A stretch of 63,057 bases of DNA, counting the filler, from Octopus bimaculoides (taxonomy: Eukaryota), in the NCBI RefSeq assembly GCF_001194135.2. It is 5 parts of 4 records of this genome, joined end to end, with 100 filler letters (N's around TTAATTAATTAA, not from the genome) between each part and the next. Parts side by side here need not be neighbours in the genome. Positions count along the whole stretch, not along the records: positions 1 to 10,780 come from NC_068983.1; positions 10,881 to 28,942 come from NC_068990.1; 3 more parts are not named here. The stretch is one strand, 5' to 3'. Below are positions 1-12,224 of the stretch, in pieces (position 1 is the stretch's first letter; the number at the start of each line of letters is the position of its first letter). The position numbers and the translations under genes are program-made. The notes beneath the pieces are model-generated. The model ran no database searches and was not told the DNA's origin. It worked only from the letters and a program-made list of their open reading frames with translations.

Positions 1-132
1 CACACACACACGCACACACACATATATAAACACACACACATACACACATATATTTATTTATGCGTTTCAGCCAAGTGGCTGTGGTCATGCTGGAGTACCA
101 CCGTGACTTTCCGTCTTTATGCTGTTCTCTCT

Positions 133-1230
133 TCACGTTCCTTGCATGGCTCTTCTCCTCCACCTGATATAGTCCAATCTAGACTTTTGATGGCACATCT
201 GGTGTATAAGAGAATTTGACATCGCTACTCTAACCTGTGTCTCATTTCGAGCCATTGGTTCGTCTGGTATCGTGGAGAGGAAAGTGTCGAGTTTTGTTTT
301 GAAGACCTCTATATCCATGTCTTGCAGGTCTCTCAACTGTTTTGGCAGGGCATTAAAGAGCCAAGGTCCTCTGAAACCGAGGCTGCTGCAGTACCTTGTT
401 CTTATGTGAGATGCAGTGGCAACCTGTGTGGGCATTCGTGTAGTACTTGATGCCTAAGTTTGGTACCAGTATTTTCCATATGTATATTATTACATATCTC
501 TCCCGCCTGCGCTCCAAGAAGTAGAGACCTAGTGCCTTCAGTCGCTCCCTTGTAGTTCATCTGCTGGACTGTGGCAATCTTTTTTGTATAATAACACTGA
601 ATTACCTTGAGTTCTGCTGTCTGCTTGACACTGTGTGGTGACCACAACTGAGAGCAATAATCTAGGCGGATCAGATCAAATGTCTTCCATAGAGTCAACA
701 TGACTTTTTGATCCCTTGTTCGGAATGTCCTCAGTATCCGCCCTGCCAGTTGTCTGCACTTTACTGTCAACTTGACAATGTGCATGTGAAATGATGTATC
801 ACTACACATGTTGATGCCCAGGTCTCTTACTGTTTGTGGTTCTGGGATTGCAGTACCTCCAGGTCCTGTGTATGCCAGTTGGGTGGCATATGTGGCCTTG
901 TAGCGAAGTAGTTGAAGTATTTTTTGCATTGAACTGCATATTATTTTGCTCTGCCCATTTGTGTATTGCATTTAGGTCATTCTGCAGGCTTATGATATTA
1001 TCAGGATTCTTTATTGCCTGAGATAGTTTTGTTTCATCAACGTAACTAGTGACAGTGGCTCTCTGAGTGACCGTGGGCATGTCCAGAAGGGCCACTATGA
1101 ACAGTAGTGGCCCCAGGATAGTTCCTTGCAGAATACCGCTCAATATTTGTGTTTCCCTAAATAGTTCTCCATTGGCTGCAACTGTCTGACTTCTACCATT
1201 CAGGAAGTCATGCAGCCATTCTCCTAACAG
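133..1230 (-). mobile_element. CR1-like LINE, 5'-truncated, frameshifted RT and C-terminus
   Basis: ORFs 802..1287 (SGILQGTILGPLLF, LQNDLNAIHKWAEQNNMQFN), 402..971 (LDYCSQLWSP) and 133..435 (GPWLFNALP...IPDEP...SNSL). Confidence 0.9.
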
Positions 1231-1235
1231 TACTG

Positions 1236-1424
1236 GAAGAGTATTTTTTGTCACGGACAAGTGAATTTTGGAAGAGGGGCCTTGCAAGTCTACCAGATAG
1301 ATGGAAGAGCATTGTAGAAAATGAAGGAAAGTGTATTTTAGATTAAAAAAAGAACTTTTTTAATTTTAATTTTGAAAAATAAAACAAGTATTACAAAACT
1401 GCATTATTTATGGGATGATCCAAT
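1236..1424 (+). mobile_element. Mariner 3' end fragment with right TIR
   Basis: Encodes FWKRGLASLPDRWKSIVENEGKCILD*; ends tgggatgatccaa-TA, same as the 26.7 kb copy. Confidence 0.8.
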
Positions 1425-1628
1425 ATACATGTCCATGTTTGTCTACCCACCTTCACTTAATAACTAATGTTGCTGTGTTTATGTCCCTGTAACTTAGTGG
1501 TTCAGCAAAAGAGACCAATAGAATAAGTACTAGGCTTATAAAGAATAAGTCCTGGGCTTGATTTGTTCGATTAAAAGCGGTACTCCAGCATGTCAACAGT
1601 CAACTGATTGAAAGAAGTAAACAAACAA

Positions 1629-1660
<32 letters not shown>

Positions 1661-2039
1661 GTATATATATATNNNNNNNNNNNNNNNNNNNNNNNNNNNN
1701 NNNNNNNNNNNNNNNNNNNNNNNNNNNNNNNNNNNNNNNNNNNNNNNNNNNNNNNNNNNNNNNNNNNNNNNNAGGTGAATATATGCCATATTGTGTCCGA
1801 GGTATTTTGCTTGTGTTCACTTAAAGAATACAATGGGCTTCTTTCAGTTTCTGTCTACCAAATCCACTCATAAAGCTTTAGCTGGCTTGAGGCTATAGTA
1901 GAAGACACATGCCGAAGGTGCCATGCAGTGGGACTGAACCTGGAAATGTGTGGCTGGGAAGCAAGCTTCTTACTACACAGCCATGCCTGCACCTATGTGT
2001 ATATAGCCATATTGAACTCCACCTCAGTCACTAATGATG

Positions 2040-3760
2040 ATGTCATAATATCTGCTCCACAACACACTGTAATACTGAAACTGTCTCTGGAGCCAACCTT
2101 TCTGGAAGTGGTAAACTCTGTTTAACAGATTTCATCTAATAAAGCTACTGGCAGGGATGCTATCCCTCCGGAAATTTACAAACATGGTGGACAGAAGCTT
2201 TTTAAGAAACAGCATGACCTCTTCTTAAACATCTGGATGGTAGGCTGTGTACCACAGGACTGAAAGAAACCTCAGTTCAACAACTGTATAAGAACAAAGG
2301 CAACAGAAGTGTCTGTGATCATCATTGTGGAATATCTGTCTATCGCTGGTAAGATTCTTTCTTGATTCATTCTTGACAGGATCATCAAACATGTTGTAAA
2401 TGATATCTATCTAGAATCACAGTGTGGATTTTGCTTTGGTTGTGGCACTATCAACATGATCTTTTCCCTCCGACCTGTCATGGAGAAGGTACGCAAGAAA
2501 AATTAAGAGTTGTTCTTGATATTCGATGACCTTACTAAGGACCTTTGACACTGTTAACCGGCAAGCGCTGTGAAAAGTTCTGAAAAAGCTTGGTGTACTT
2601 GTCAAGATGTTGAATGTTATCAACTCCTTTCATAAGGAAATGAAGGCTGCTGTCATGTCCAGTGGGGAATCTTCAGCTTCCTTTGATGTTACAAACGACA
2701 CAAAACAAGGTTGTGTTATGGCTCCTGTTTTGTTTGCACTCTTCTTTTCAGTCATGCTGAGGTATGCTTTTGGTGACATACAAAGTGGTGTCAAATTCCA
2801 GTTTCGAACAAGCGGTGGACAAGTCAATCATCATCATTTCAAAGCCAGAACACTGCTAAGCACCAGTATCATTCATGACCTACATTTTGCAGATGATGCT
2901 GCACTAGTAGTGACATCTTTAGAGGAAACTCAGGAACTTCTAGACCAGTTTTCTGCTGCATGTAAAGCCTTTGGTTTGACCATCAGCATAAAAAAAGAGA
3001 TAGAAGTAATCCACCAGCCTTGCCCTACACCTAAACAAGTTCAAGGTGTCAAGCAGAGGCCACCAGTTCACAATTTTCCTGACACTCCTATACAGGTTGA
3101 TGGGGGAAGCCTAAATTATGTGGAGTTATTTACATATCTTGGTAGTAAAGTGAATTTGAGTACTTCTCTTGTATAGCTCAGAATCGTGAATACCCTATAG
3201 ACGACACATTAACCAACTAGACACCTTCCACAAAGACTGTCTGAGGGCAATCTGTGGTTAATTACTAAAAGACTAAGTTTCTAATGGTAACTTGTTTAGC
3301 AAGTGTAAGATTGGTGGAACCGAGAACTTCCTTATACAATAACAATTGTGCTGGGCTGGCCATGTTGTCAGAATGAGTGACAAAAGAATACCCAAAGCCC
3401 TCATGTACAGCCAGCTTGAGAGTGGACAGAAGAGTGTTGGTAGAATATGGCTCAGATATAAGGATCAGCTGAAGAGTAACCTCTTAGTGATGAACACTTT
3501 TGAGTGAACAGCCTTGGTACGAACAAAATGGATATTGTTGTGTCACAACACTTTTGAGTGAACAGCCTTGGTACAAGCAAAATGGAGATTGTTGTGTCAA
3601 AATGGCATTAACAGGCTTCGATGTGCAAGGAAAGGGGAAAAGTGGTTGCAAATATACCACCTACACTGACCTGTAACCCCCAGACTTGCAACATTTGTGA
3701 TCTTCTTTGCAAATTGTTGACGGGACTTCAATGTCACATCCGACAAAACCATTATGACTA
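2040..3760 (+). mobile_element. RTE-clade (BovB-like) LINE remnant
   Basis: ORF 2607..3176 KQGCVMAPVLF...LHFADDAAL...FGLTISIKK; upstream NKATGRDAIPPEIYK; downstream LRWAGHVVRM-like segment. Confidence 0.92.
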
Positions 3761-3897
3761 ACAAAGAAAGAGTACATTGTTGGAGCTTCATGCATTGAAA
3801 CCAACAGGTGAGTCCATCATATATGTATGTATATATATTTATATATATATATATATATAGTATTAATTAATAGGAGATAGATTTCAACTTTTATTAG

Positions 3898-3940
3898 GTA
3901 CAACATGTTTCGAGCCATCAGTCTGGGTCTCTTCAAGTAC
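3898..3940 (-). ncRNA. Minimal type I hammerhead ribozyme-like motif (Penelope type), C3U variant
   Basis: Minus strand GUAC-UUGAAGA-GACCCA(GACUGA)UGGCUC-GAAAC-AU-GUU-GUAC; stem I 4 bp, stem II 5 of 6 bp. Confidence 0.55.
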
Positions 3941-4594
3941 ATTTATAAAGATGTCTCACTAGAGATTTTTAGTGCCCATCAAGTTAGGGAATGAATAAAA
4001 GTAAATATTATAGAAATGCAAATATGAGTGTGGAAATCTTGTATTTCAGTTAAGATAATTGACCTATCAAATTTGCTTAGACGAAAAAGGAAGTAGAAGG
4101 AGAAAAGAAGTTTAATACTTAGACAAGTAGTTTTATGTTCGTGCATAATCATACAAGTGGACAGACAGAGGGACACACACACACACACACATATATATAC
4201 TAGACTACCATGACCTGATGAGCCACCTGGAAAGTTTGAGTTTCCCAGCAACAGAGTTTTTTGTTTTGTGGGTTTTTTTTTTTCTTTTTCAGGTTATTTC
4301 ACAAGCTTTCAACGAATGTGACATTGAAATCACATGTAAATGGTTCCTTTCCCTAGAAAAGGAAAGATCTGGCTGTTATTTCTTGTATGCCCCGCTACCA
4401 CATAACAGGTATTTTGGGTCCTTTATCGCAAATAGCTGTTACGTGGTAGCAGGGCATGCTAGAAATAGTAGCTGAGATGTGTGGAATGTACTTGGAAAAG
4501 TTTTTGTAATGGTATTCCCTAGGGGTGATCTTTCGCTTTCACTTTCAGAACTGTCATCCAGATCAGCTGGTTTTGTTTAATTTCTATAAAAAAA

Positions 4595-5610
4595 TTTTGT
4601 TTATTTACTTTTGTTTTAAAATGAAAGATGTATGAAAATGTGCATGAAGTGGACGTGTGCGTGAGAGAGAGAGAGAGAGCGTGCCACTTACACATACATG
4701 AGAAGACACATTCATTCACTCATTTACTCACTGTCTCTCACACACATACATTAAAAAAAGATGTACGCATATGTATTGATGTATGTATACATAACAACAC
4801 ACCCATTCAATCACTCTCTCTCTCTTTCTCCCTCTCTTTTTCTCTCTCTCTCTCTTCTCTCTCTTTCTCACACATCTTTCACTTTCTCCTTTCATTCACT
4901 TTAAAACAAAAGTAAATAAATATAAAAAATAATTTTAAAAAACCCCATTAAAATATTGTCTGTTTAAAGAATGCTAAAAGGCAGTCTTTCATTTTGATTC
5001 AAAGGCATGTGTGTTCCGTAAATTCCATAAAAAAGTTTTATTAATTTTTGTAGCATTTTGTTTGATGTCAGCATAAAGTGAAAGAGAGAGAGAAAATTGA
5101 CAGGGATGTGTGTATGAGTTGATGGGGTTGCGAGACAGAAAGTGTGTGTTGTATGTATATGTAAGAGAGAGAGAGAGAGAGAGAGAGGTGTGTCTTGCTC
5201 TGTGTGCATGTGTGTGAGAGAGGGAGAGAGTGAATTTTTATTATTTTAGTTTTCTTGGATCTTTTTTTACTGAGTGAGTGTATGAGTGATTGACTGAGAG
5301 AGAGTGAAGTATGTTGTCATGTATGTGTAAAATGGCTAGGATCAGTCACACGTACACAAACACATCTACATCCATTAACTGCCATATACATGTACATGCA
5401 TAAATACACAGCAACACACATCTCTCTCTCTTTTTCTCTCTCACATACACACACAACACACACTTTCTGTCTCACCCCCATCAGCACATACACACGTCCC
5501 TGTCAATTTTCTCTCTCTTTCACTTTATGCTGACATAAAACGAAATGTACATTTCTATCACCGAAAATAAATAAAAAGATTTTATGGAAATTACCGAATG
5601 CTGTATCTTA
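4595..5610. repeat. Two adjacent foldback (MITE-like) inverted-repeat structures
   Basis: tttatttacttttgttttaaa (~4600) inverted at ~4900-4920; ~90-bp arm at ~5065-5150 inverted at ~5453-5540. Confidence 0.65.
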
Positions 5611-5921
5611 ACAGTCTGAGAGTTATATCAAAACATAACCAGCAAAAATATAAATACTTACTATACAAACAACTTACAATTTTGAAGTCACATTCTGTTA
5701 AAAACATTTCTAAATGATTAAAATATTGTGTACATCAAAATGTTGATTTTTTTTTCTTAGAGAGCACGAAGAATATGTGCGTGTATATGTTACAGATAGC
5801 AGACATGTGTTTGTGTTAACATGCCATGTCATTCATTATATGTGTGTGCATTTTGTATATATGTATGTGTGTTAACGTCACAGAAGCCATGTTTTTTTTT
5901 GTTTTTGTCAAATACACAAAC

Positions 5922-6320
5922 AGGCGTAGGAGTGGCTGTGTGGTTAGTAGCTTGCTTACCAACCACATGGTTCTGGGTTCAGTCCCACTACACCTTGGGC
6001 AAGTGTCTTCTACTATAGCCTCGGGCCAACTAAAGCCTTGTGAGTGGATTTAGTAGACGGAAACTGAAAGAAGCCCGTTGTATATATCTATATATATATA
6101 TGTGTGTGTGTGTATATTTGTATGCCTGTGTTTGTCCCCACAACATCACTTGACAACCGATGCTGGTGTGTTTACATCCCCGTAACTTAGCAGTTCGGCA
6201 AAAGAGACCGATAGAATAAGTACTAGGCTTACAAAGAATAAGTCCTGGGGTCGATTTGCTTGACTAAAGGCGGTGCTCCAGCATGGCCACAATCAAATGA
6301 CTGAAACAAGTAAAAGAGTA
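5922..6320 (+). mobile_element. tRNA-derived SINE family A, near full length
   Basis: Head ggcgtaggagtggctgtgtgg...gggttcagtccca (A/B boxes), core ccttgggcaagtgtcttctactatagcc, internal TA/TG tract, tail gactgaaacaagtaaaagag. Partial copies near 1446, 1826, 22572, 33245, 39140, 41510, 43700, 45650, 46260. Confidence 0.9.
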
Positions 6321-6506
6321 AACAAAAATTGTGTTTAATTGTTTTCATTAATAAGTAGAGGTCCAAATATCCCAAAAATTTGTACTGCACTGCTATATGC
6401 AAAAAGAGTTAAGATAAAATATACTATTTCTGAGATATTTTGGATACACATAAACATCTCTAGAATTTTAGTATCATTAAGATATATAGATAGATAGACA
6501 CATATA

Positions 6507-6542
<36 letters not shown>

Positions 6543-6776
6543 CTTATGTAAGTACACATCTGCATATATACATATACACATACACATATAGATGCATATA
6601 GATACATACATAGACCCAGACACTTACACAGGTTGGATAAAATCCCAGCTCTTCCCTCTTGAAGCACGTCTGTTTATTCCATTATTACAATCTAATATGT
6701 AGTTTGTGTTGTTTCTGTATAGGCGCAAAATACATATTGAAGTTAAAAATTCTGGACATACTATTTCACACACACA

Positions 6777-7110
6777 CTGGCTCCCGTGCTGGTAGTACGC
6801 AAAAAGCACCATCTGAATGTGGCTGATGCCAGTACTCCCTAACTGGCCCCTGTGCTGGTGGCATATAAAAAGCACTATCTGAATGTGATTGATGCCAGGC
6901 CTGACTGAGTGGCTCCTGTGCTTGTGACACATAAAAAGCACCCACTACACTCTCAGAGTGGTTGGCGTTAGGAAGGCCATACCGCTGTAGAAACATTGCC
7001 AGATCAGATTGGGGCCTGGTGCAGCTGCTGGCTCTCCAGACATCACTCAAACCGTCTAACCCATGCCAGCATGGAAGACGGACATTAATCGATGAGGATG
7101 ATGATGCCGA
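6777..7110 (+). mobile_element. RTE-type 3' tail element (family D) with three ~60-bp subrepeats and a GAT tail
   Basis: Repeated ...aaaaagcacc unit, then gtggttggcgttaggaagg...catgccagcatgg...gatgatg. Other copies near 30960, 32340, 34940, 41330, 47280, 51598, 62660, 62822. Confidence 0.8.
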
Positions 7111-7715
7111 TGCTCACACATATATACAAATACATATATACTTATACTTACAAACACCCTCATATAGAATCATGCACATATACATGTACACATGCGCATA
7201 TATATAAACAGACATACAAATACATATATACACATACAGCCGCATGCACATATATGAACACTATACATGTACATACACACATGCACACACACACACACAT
7301 ATATTTATATATACTCTCACAAATATTTATATACACTTATATTTGTATACACATACAAAAATGCGTACACAATCACACAGATTCATGCCCATACACATTT
7401 ACTTAGATACATTCATTATCACAAACTCCCTAAATCTGAACAAAGGATACAAATACATGTATAATTAAATATATTATTAAATAAAAGAATAAGACTAAAT
7501 TTTGTCATGGAGGAAGTAAGAAATATAGATACGTGTATATATACAATTTTAGTAAATAACAGAGCAAAAATAAAAACAATAGCATTTAGACAACTGTATG
7601 ATGAGACATTGACACAAACCCATACACAGATACACATGCATATATGCATACATTTTATTGTACACAACTGCAATATTTAAAGAATGTATCATCATCATAT
7701 ATATATATATATATA

Positions 7716-9634
7716 TATAAATAACGCTCAAAATGGTTTCTTTTATGTGCCACCTGCACGGGAGCCAGTCCAGTGGAGCTGGCAACGATCTCACTCGAAT
7801 GTCCTTACATGTGCCATCACGATTTCGCTTTCGCTTGCCTCAACAGGTCTTCGCAAGCCGAGCAGAATTTAGTGTCCAACGTAGGAAGGTACGCATCCTG
7901 GCAGAGGCCTTGGATTTAGGTCTCACTTGGCTTGCCGGGTCTTCTCACGCACAGCATATTTCCAAAGATCTCGGTAAGAAGTCATCACTTCGGTGAGGCC
8001 CAATGTTCGAAGGTCGTGCCTCACCACCTCATCTCAGGTCTTCCTGGGCCTACCACTTCCACAGGTTCCCTCAACTGCTAGGGTGTGGCACTTTTTCACA
8101 CAGCTATCCTCATCCATTCTTGCCACATGCCCATACCAGCGCAAACGTCTCTCTTGCACACCACAACTGNNNNNNNNNNNNNNNNNNNNNNNNNNNNNNN
8201 NNNNNNNNNNNNNNNNNNNNNNNNNNNNNNNNNNNNNNNNNNNNNNNNNNNNNNNNNNNNNNNNNNNNNNNNNNNNNNNNNNNNNNNNNNNNNNNNNNNN
8301 NNNNNNNNNNNNNNNNNNNNNNNNNNNNNNNNNNNNNNNNNNNNNNNNNNNNNNNNNNNNNNNNNNNNNNNNNNNNNNCACCAGTAGAGGTAAGAGCTCT
8401 CTGAACTTTGCCCAGGCTATTTTTATTCTAACAGCTACACTTTCAGCGCACCGTCCCCCACTACTAACTTGGTCACCAAGATAGCGCAAGCTATTGACTT
8501 CTTCTAGTTTTACTCCCTGGAATGTGGCAGAAGTTGTTTTCTGCACATTTACAGTGTTTATAGTTCCTGAACATCTGCTATAAACGAAAACTAACTTCCT
8601 AGTTAACCTTCCTTTGATATTGCTGCACCTCTTATGTGTCCATAGCTTGCACTGGGTGCATCTTATAGAGTTCCTACCCACGCTTTTTCTACAGATTGAG
8701 CAGAGCCATCTACCTGAAGGGTTTGTGTTTTTTCTACCTTCCTACTTATTAGGACTTTGGTTTTAGCTAAGTTGACTCTAAGGTCCTTCGATTCTAGTCC
8801 TTGCTTCCACACCTGAAACTTCTCTAGTTCTGACTCAGCAATTAGTGCAAGGTCATCAGCATAGAGGAGCTCCCAGGGGCATCCTGTCTTGAATTCCTCT
8901 GTTGTAGCCTGGCGAACTATGATAAATAGGAGGGGGCTGAGGACGGAACCTTGGTGGACCCCTACCTCCACTCAGAGTTCTTCACTGAACTCATTGCCAA
9001 CCCTCACCTTACTAACAGCGTCTCTGTACATGGCTTGTACAGCTCTCACTAACCACTCATCTATTCCTAGTTTCCTCATTGGCCACCAGATGAGGGATCG
9101 GGGGACCCTGTCGAAGGCTTTCTCCATGTCAACGAAAACCAGGTACACAGGTTTATCCTTGGCTAGGTATTTCTCCTGCAGCTGTCTTACCAGAAATATA
9201 GCATCAGTGGTGCTTTTTCCTGCAATGAACCCAAACTGCATCTCATCTAAACTTACTCTCTCTCTTCCTAATTAGTTGGACTATGATCCTCTCCGTGACT
9301 TTCATTACCTGATCTAAAAGCTTGATACCTCTGTAATTATTTGTATCTAAAGTGTCACCTTTACCTTTGTAGCAGGTGACTATGGTGCTTCTACACCAGT
9401 CATTGGGTATGACTCCTTCGTGTATCACCTGGTTAAGAATATGGGTGACTAGGCTATAGCCGACACTGCCAGATATTTTGAGCATCTCTGCAGTAATTCC
9501 AGATGGGCCTTCTCTGTCTTCATACTCTTAATTGCTTTATCTACCATGGTACTGTCAACTCGGATAGCTGGTCCCTCTGTTGGGTCGACATTCGACAGAC
9601 TCTCTTTCTCCCATTCATTCTCTTATTGAGCAAT
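7716..9634 (-). mobile_element. RTE-clade LINE (RT + PHD-like finger + 3' UTR), cut by assembly gaps
   Basis: ORFs 9243..9485 (YKGKGD...NYRGIKLL), 8972..9241 (QFGF...VDMEKAFDRVP), 8663..8971 (HQGSVLSPLLF, LLYADDLAL) and 8034..8681 (RLRWYGHVARM). Confidence 0.95.
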
Positions 9635-10780
9635 NNNNNNNNNNNNNNNNNNNNNNNNNNNNNNNNNNNNNNNNNNNNNNNNNNNNNNNNNNNNNNNNNN
9701 NNNNNNNNNNNNNNNNNNNNNNNNNNNNNNNNNNNNNNNNNNNNNNNNNNNNNNNNNNNNNNNNNNNNNNNNNNNNNNNNNNNNNNNNNNNNNNNNNNNN
9801 NNNNNNNNNNNNNNNNNNNNNNNNNNNNNNNNNNNNNNNNNNNNNNNNNNNNNNNNNNNNNNNNNNNNNNNNNNNNNNNNNNNNNNNNNNNNNNNNNNNN
9901 NNNNNNNNNNNNNNNNNNNNNNNNNNNNNNNNNNNNNNNNNNNNNNNNNNNNNNNNNNNNNNNNNNNNNNNNNNNNNNNNNNNNNNNNNNNNNNNNNNNN
10001 NNNNNNNNNNNNNNNNNNNNNNNNNNNNNNNNNNNNNNNNNNNNNNNNNNNNNNNNNNNNNNNNNNNNNNNNNNNNNNNNNNNNNNNNNNNNNNNNNNNN
10101 NNNNNNNNNNNNNNNNNNNNNNNNNNNNNNNNNNNNNNNNNNNNNNNNNNNNNNNNNNNNNNNNNNNNNNNNNNNNNNNNNNNNNNNNNNNNNNNNNNNN
10201 NNNNNNNNNNNNNNNNNNNNNNNNNNNNNNNNNNNNNNNNNNNNNNNNNNNNNNNNNNNNNNNNNNNNNNNNNNNNNNNNNNNNNNNNNNNNNNNNNNNN
10301 NNNNNNNNNNNNNNNTATATATATATATATATGTATGTATGTATACGAAAAAAAGAAAAGAGCCAAAGTTTGCAATTGTTGTTTTCATAAGTGAGAATGT
10401 TTTAAAAAATAAGATGAAATAAGTTGTACTTAGTAAATGAATACATAGTTTACAGTGATGTGTGTTTGATGATATAAACCTAATCTGAATGGACAATTAC
10501 AGACAAAGGAGTGATAGATATATGGACATATCATATATTATACACACCTGTATATACATAATATATATCCACTCACATATGCTTTCATTTTATAGAGTAG
10601 ATATACACATGCAAAAACATACAAAAAGTTTGAATTTACACAAATATAAGTAATTGTTTGTGTACATGCATGTGCATATGTTTAACTGCTTGTGTATATA
10701 TCTATACATGTGTTTATGTGTGTGTGTTTGTATATGTGTGAATGCATGTATGTATTGTATATGTATATTTATTTATGTAT

Positions 10781-10880
10781 NNNNNNNNNNNNNNNNNNNN
10801 NNNNNNNNNNNNNNNNNNNNNNNNTTAATTAATTAANNNNNNNNNNNNNNNNNNNNNNNNNNNNNNNNNNNNNNNNNNNN
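10781..10880. other. Artificial 100-bp assembly spacer N44-TTAATTAATTAA-N44 (also at 28943-29042, 51863-51962, 61202-61301)
   Basis: Identical architecture four times; the 12-mer is palindromic with TAA in all six frames. Confidence 0.95.
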
Positions 10881-10959
10881 ATATATATAAATGAATCAAT
10901 AGTTTTTTCACGAGCCATGGACTTATAAAGCTAGTTTCCCTGATTCTATATTATATATA

Positions 10960-10990
<31 letters not shown>

Positions 10991-12224
10991 CTGTGTGTGT
11001 GTGTGTGTGTGTAAGGTTAAAGAATTAAGGTTAAGAAGATACGTGTTAAACGCAGTATCGAAACCTTATTTCAGGGTAAGTCCCACGTCGGGTGTCTGCG
11101 GAGCACGTTCGCTACTTATGGCTACCAGGCATCATCAGCGATACTTAGCAAACGTCGTTGTAATAATTCCAGGAATCCTAGAATGGACGTTGGGTATATA
11201 TGAAAAGTAAAAAGAGAACAGAATGTACCAACAAAAAGATTTATGTTACCTCGACAATTATTTCATTTTCAAGATGCACTGCTCCTTTGTGGGCGTGAAA
11301 CGATGCAATAACACTAGATGCAACTTACAGTCCATAGAAGACTCCTCAGGTGGGATAATAAAGTTTTAAGCTAAGAGATTTACGTTTGAGTTTCGCTGTA
11401 TAGAGAGATTTAGACAGTTAGACAGACGTACAGACAAGCTGGCGTGCACATTCTTACGTTTAAATCAATGCAAAGACATACAAACGCGCATATTAATAAT
11501 TATACTCGTTGACACACGCTAGTACACACCACATATATGTATGTCAATCAATCACACAGACATGCAAAAACGCACCTACATACACGGATATATCAGGGCA
11601 CAAAGATTCACCCACCCAGACACACAGAGATCACATCAACACTGCCACCATGGAGCACACGCACGCACATACAGAGGTACACCCACAGACACACTCATAC
11701 AGGCATGCTCGCACTCTCATGCAATGCTCACAGACTCAGACACACACACACACACACACACACGCGCGCCCCATCACACTCACACCACAGGCATACAANN
11801 NNNNNNNNCAGACTCAGACACACACACACACACACACACACGCGCGCCCCATCACACTCACACCACAGGCATACAAGTCCAAATGTACATTTACAACCAT
11901 TCTCACATGTCTGCGGGTAAGTACACTTATACACTCACACAATTATACACACGCAAGTTCATACATAGATACACACATGTACACATCATTACACACCAGA
12001 GACTTCCACTCAGCACATATATGCTGACACAGGCATATAGAAACAGGTCAACCCTGCTCATACATGCACATAGATTGCATACACTCACAAGACTGCTCAG
12101 ACACACGAGCAGGCACAGAACAATAAACAGCACATGGACAAAAGCCCACATAGCTGTCCATGGGCACATAGCAATGTGAGAAATGATAGCATAGCATTCA
12201 CTGTTCAATGCTAGTTATGGCATT

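Noticed and set aside
3493-3599. 54-bp tandem duplication; considered as CRISPR-like or a regulatory repeat
   Set aside because: Only two adjacent copies without spacers, inside a decayed RTE in a eukaryotic context.
9503-10496. Long ORFs of 250-295 aa, and similar X-rich ORFs at 1571, 7993, 18106, 27323 and 44785
   Set aside because: They run through N gaps; artefacts.
11028-11075. Third hammerhead-like pattern (gttaagaa-gatac...gtatc-gaaac-ctt) and a strong cagg|gtaagt donor
   Set aside because: Two core substitutions, no GUH and no stem I; the donor has no supported exon.
11728-11878. ~70-bp direct duplication around a 10-N gap (same pattern at 24050-24165)
   Set aside because: Typical overlap of contig ends across a negative gap; not a biological tandem repeat.
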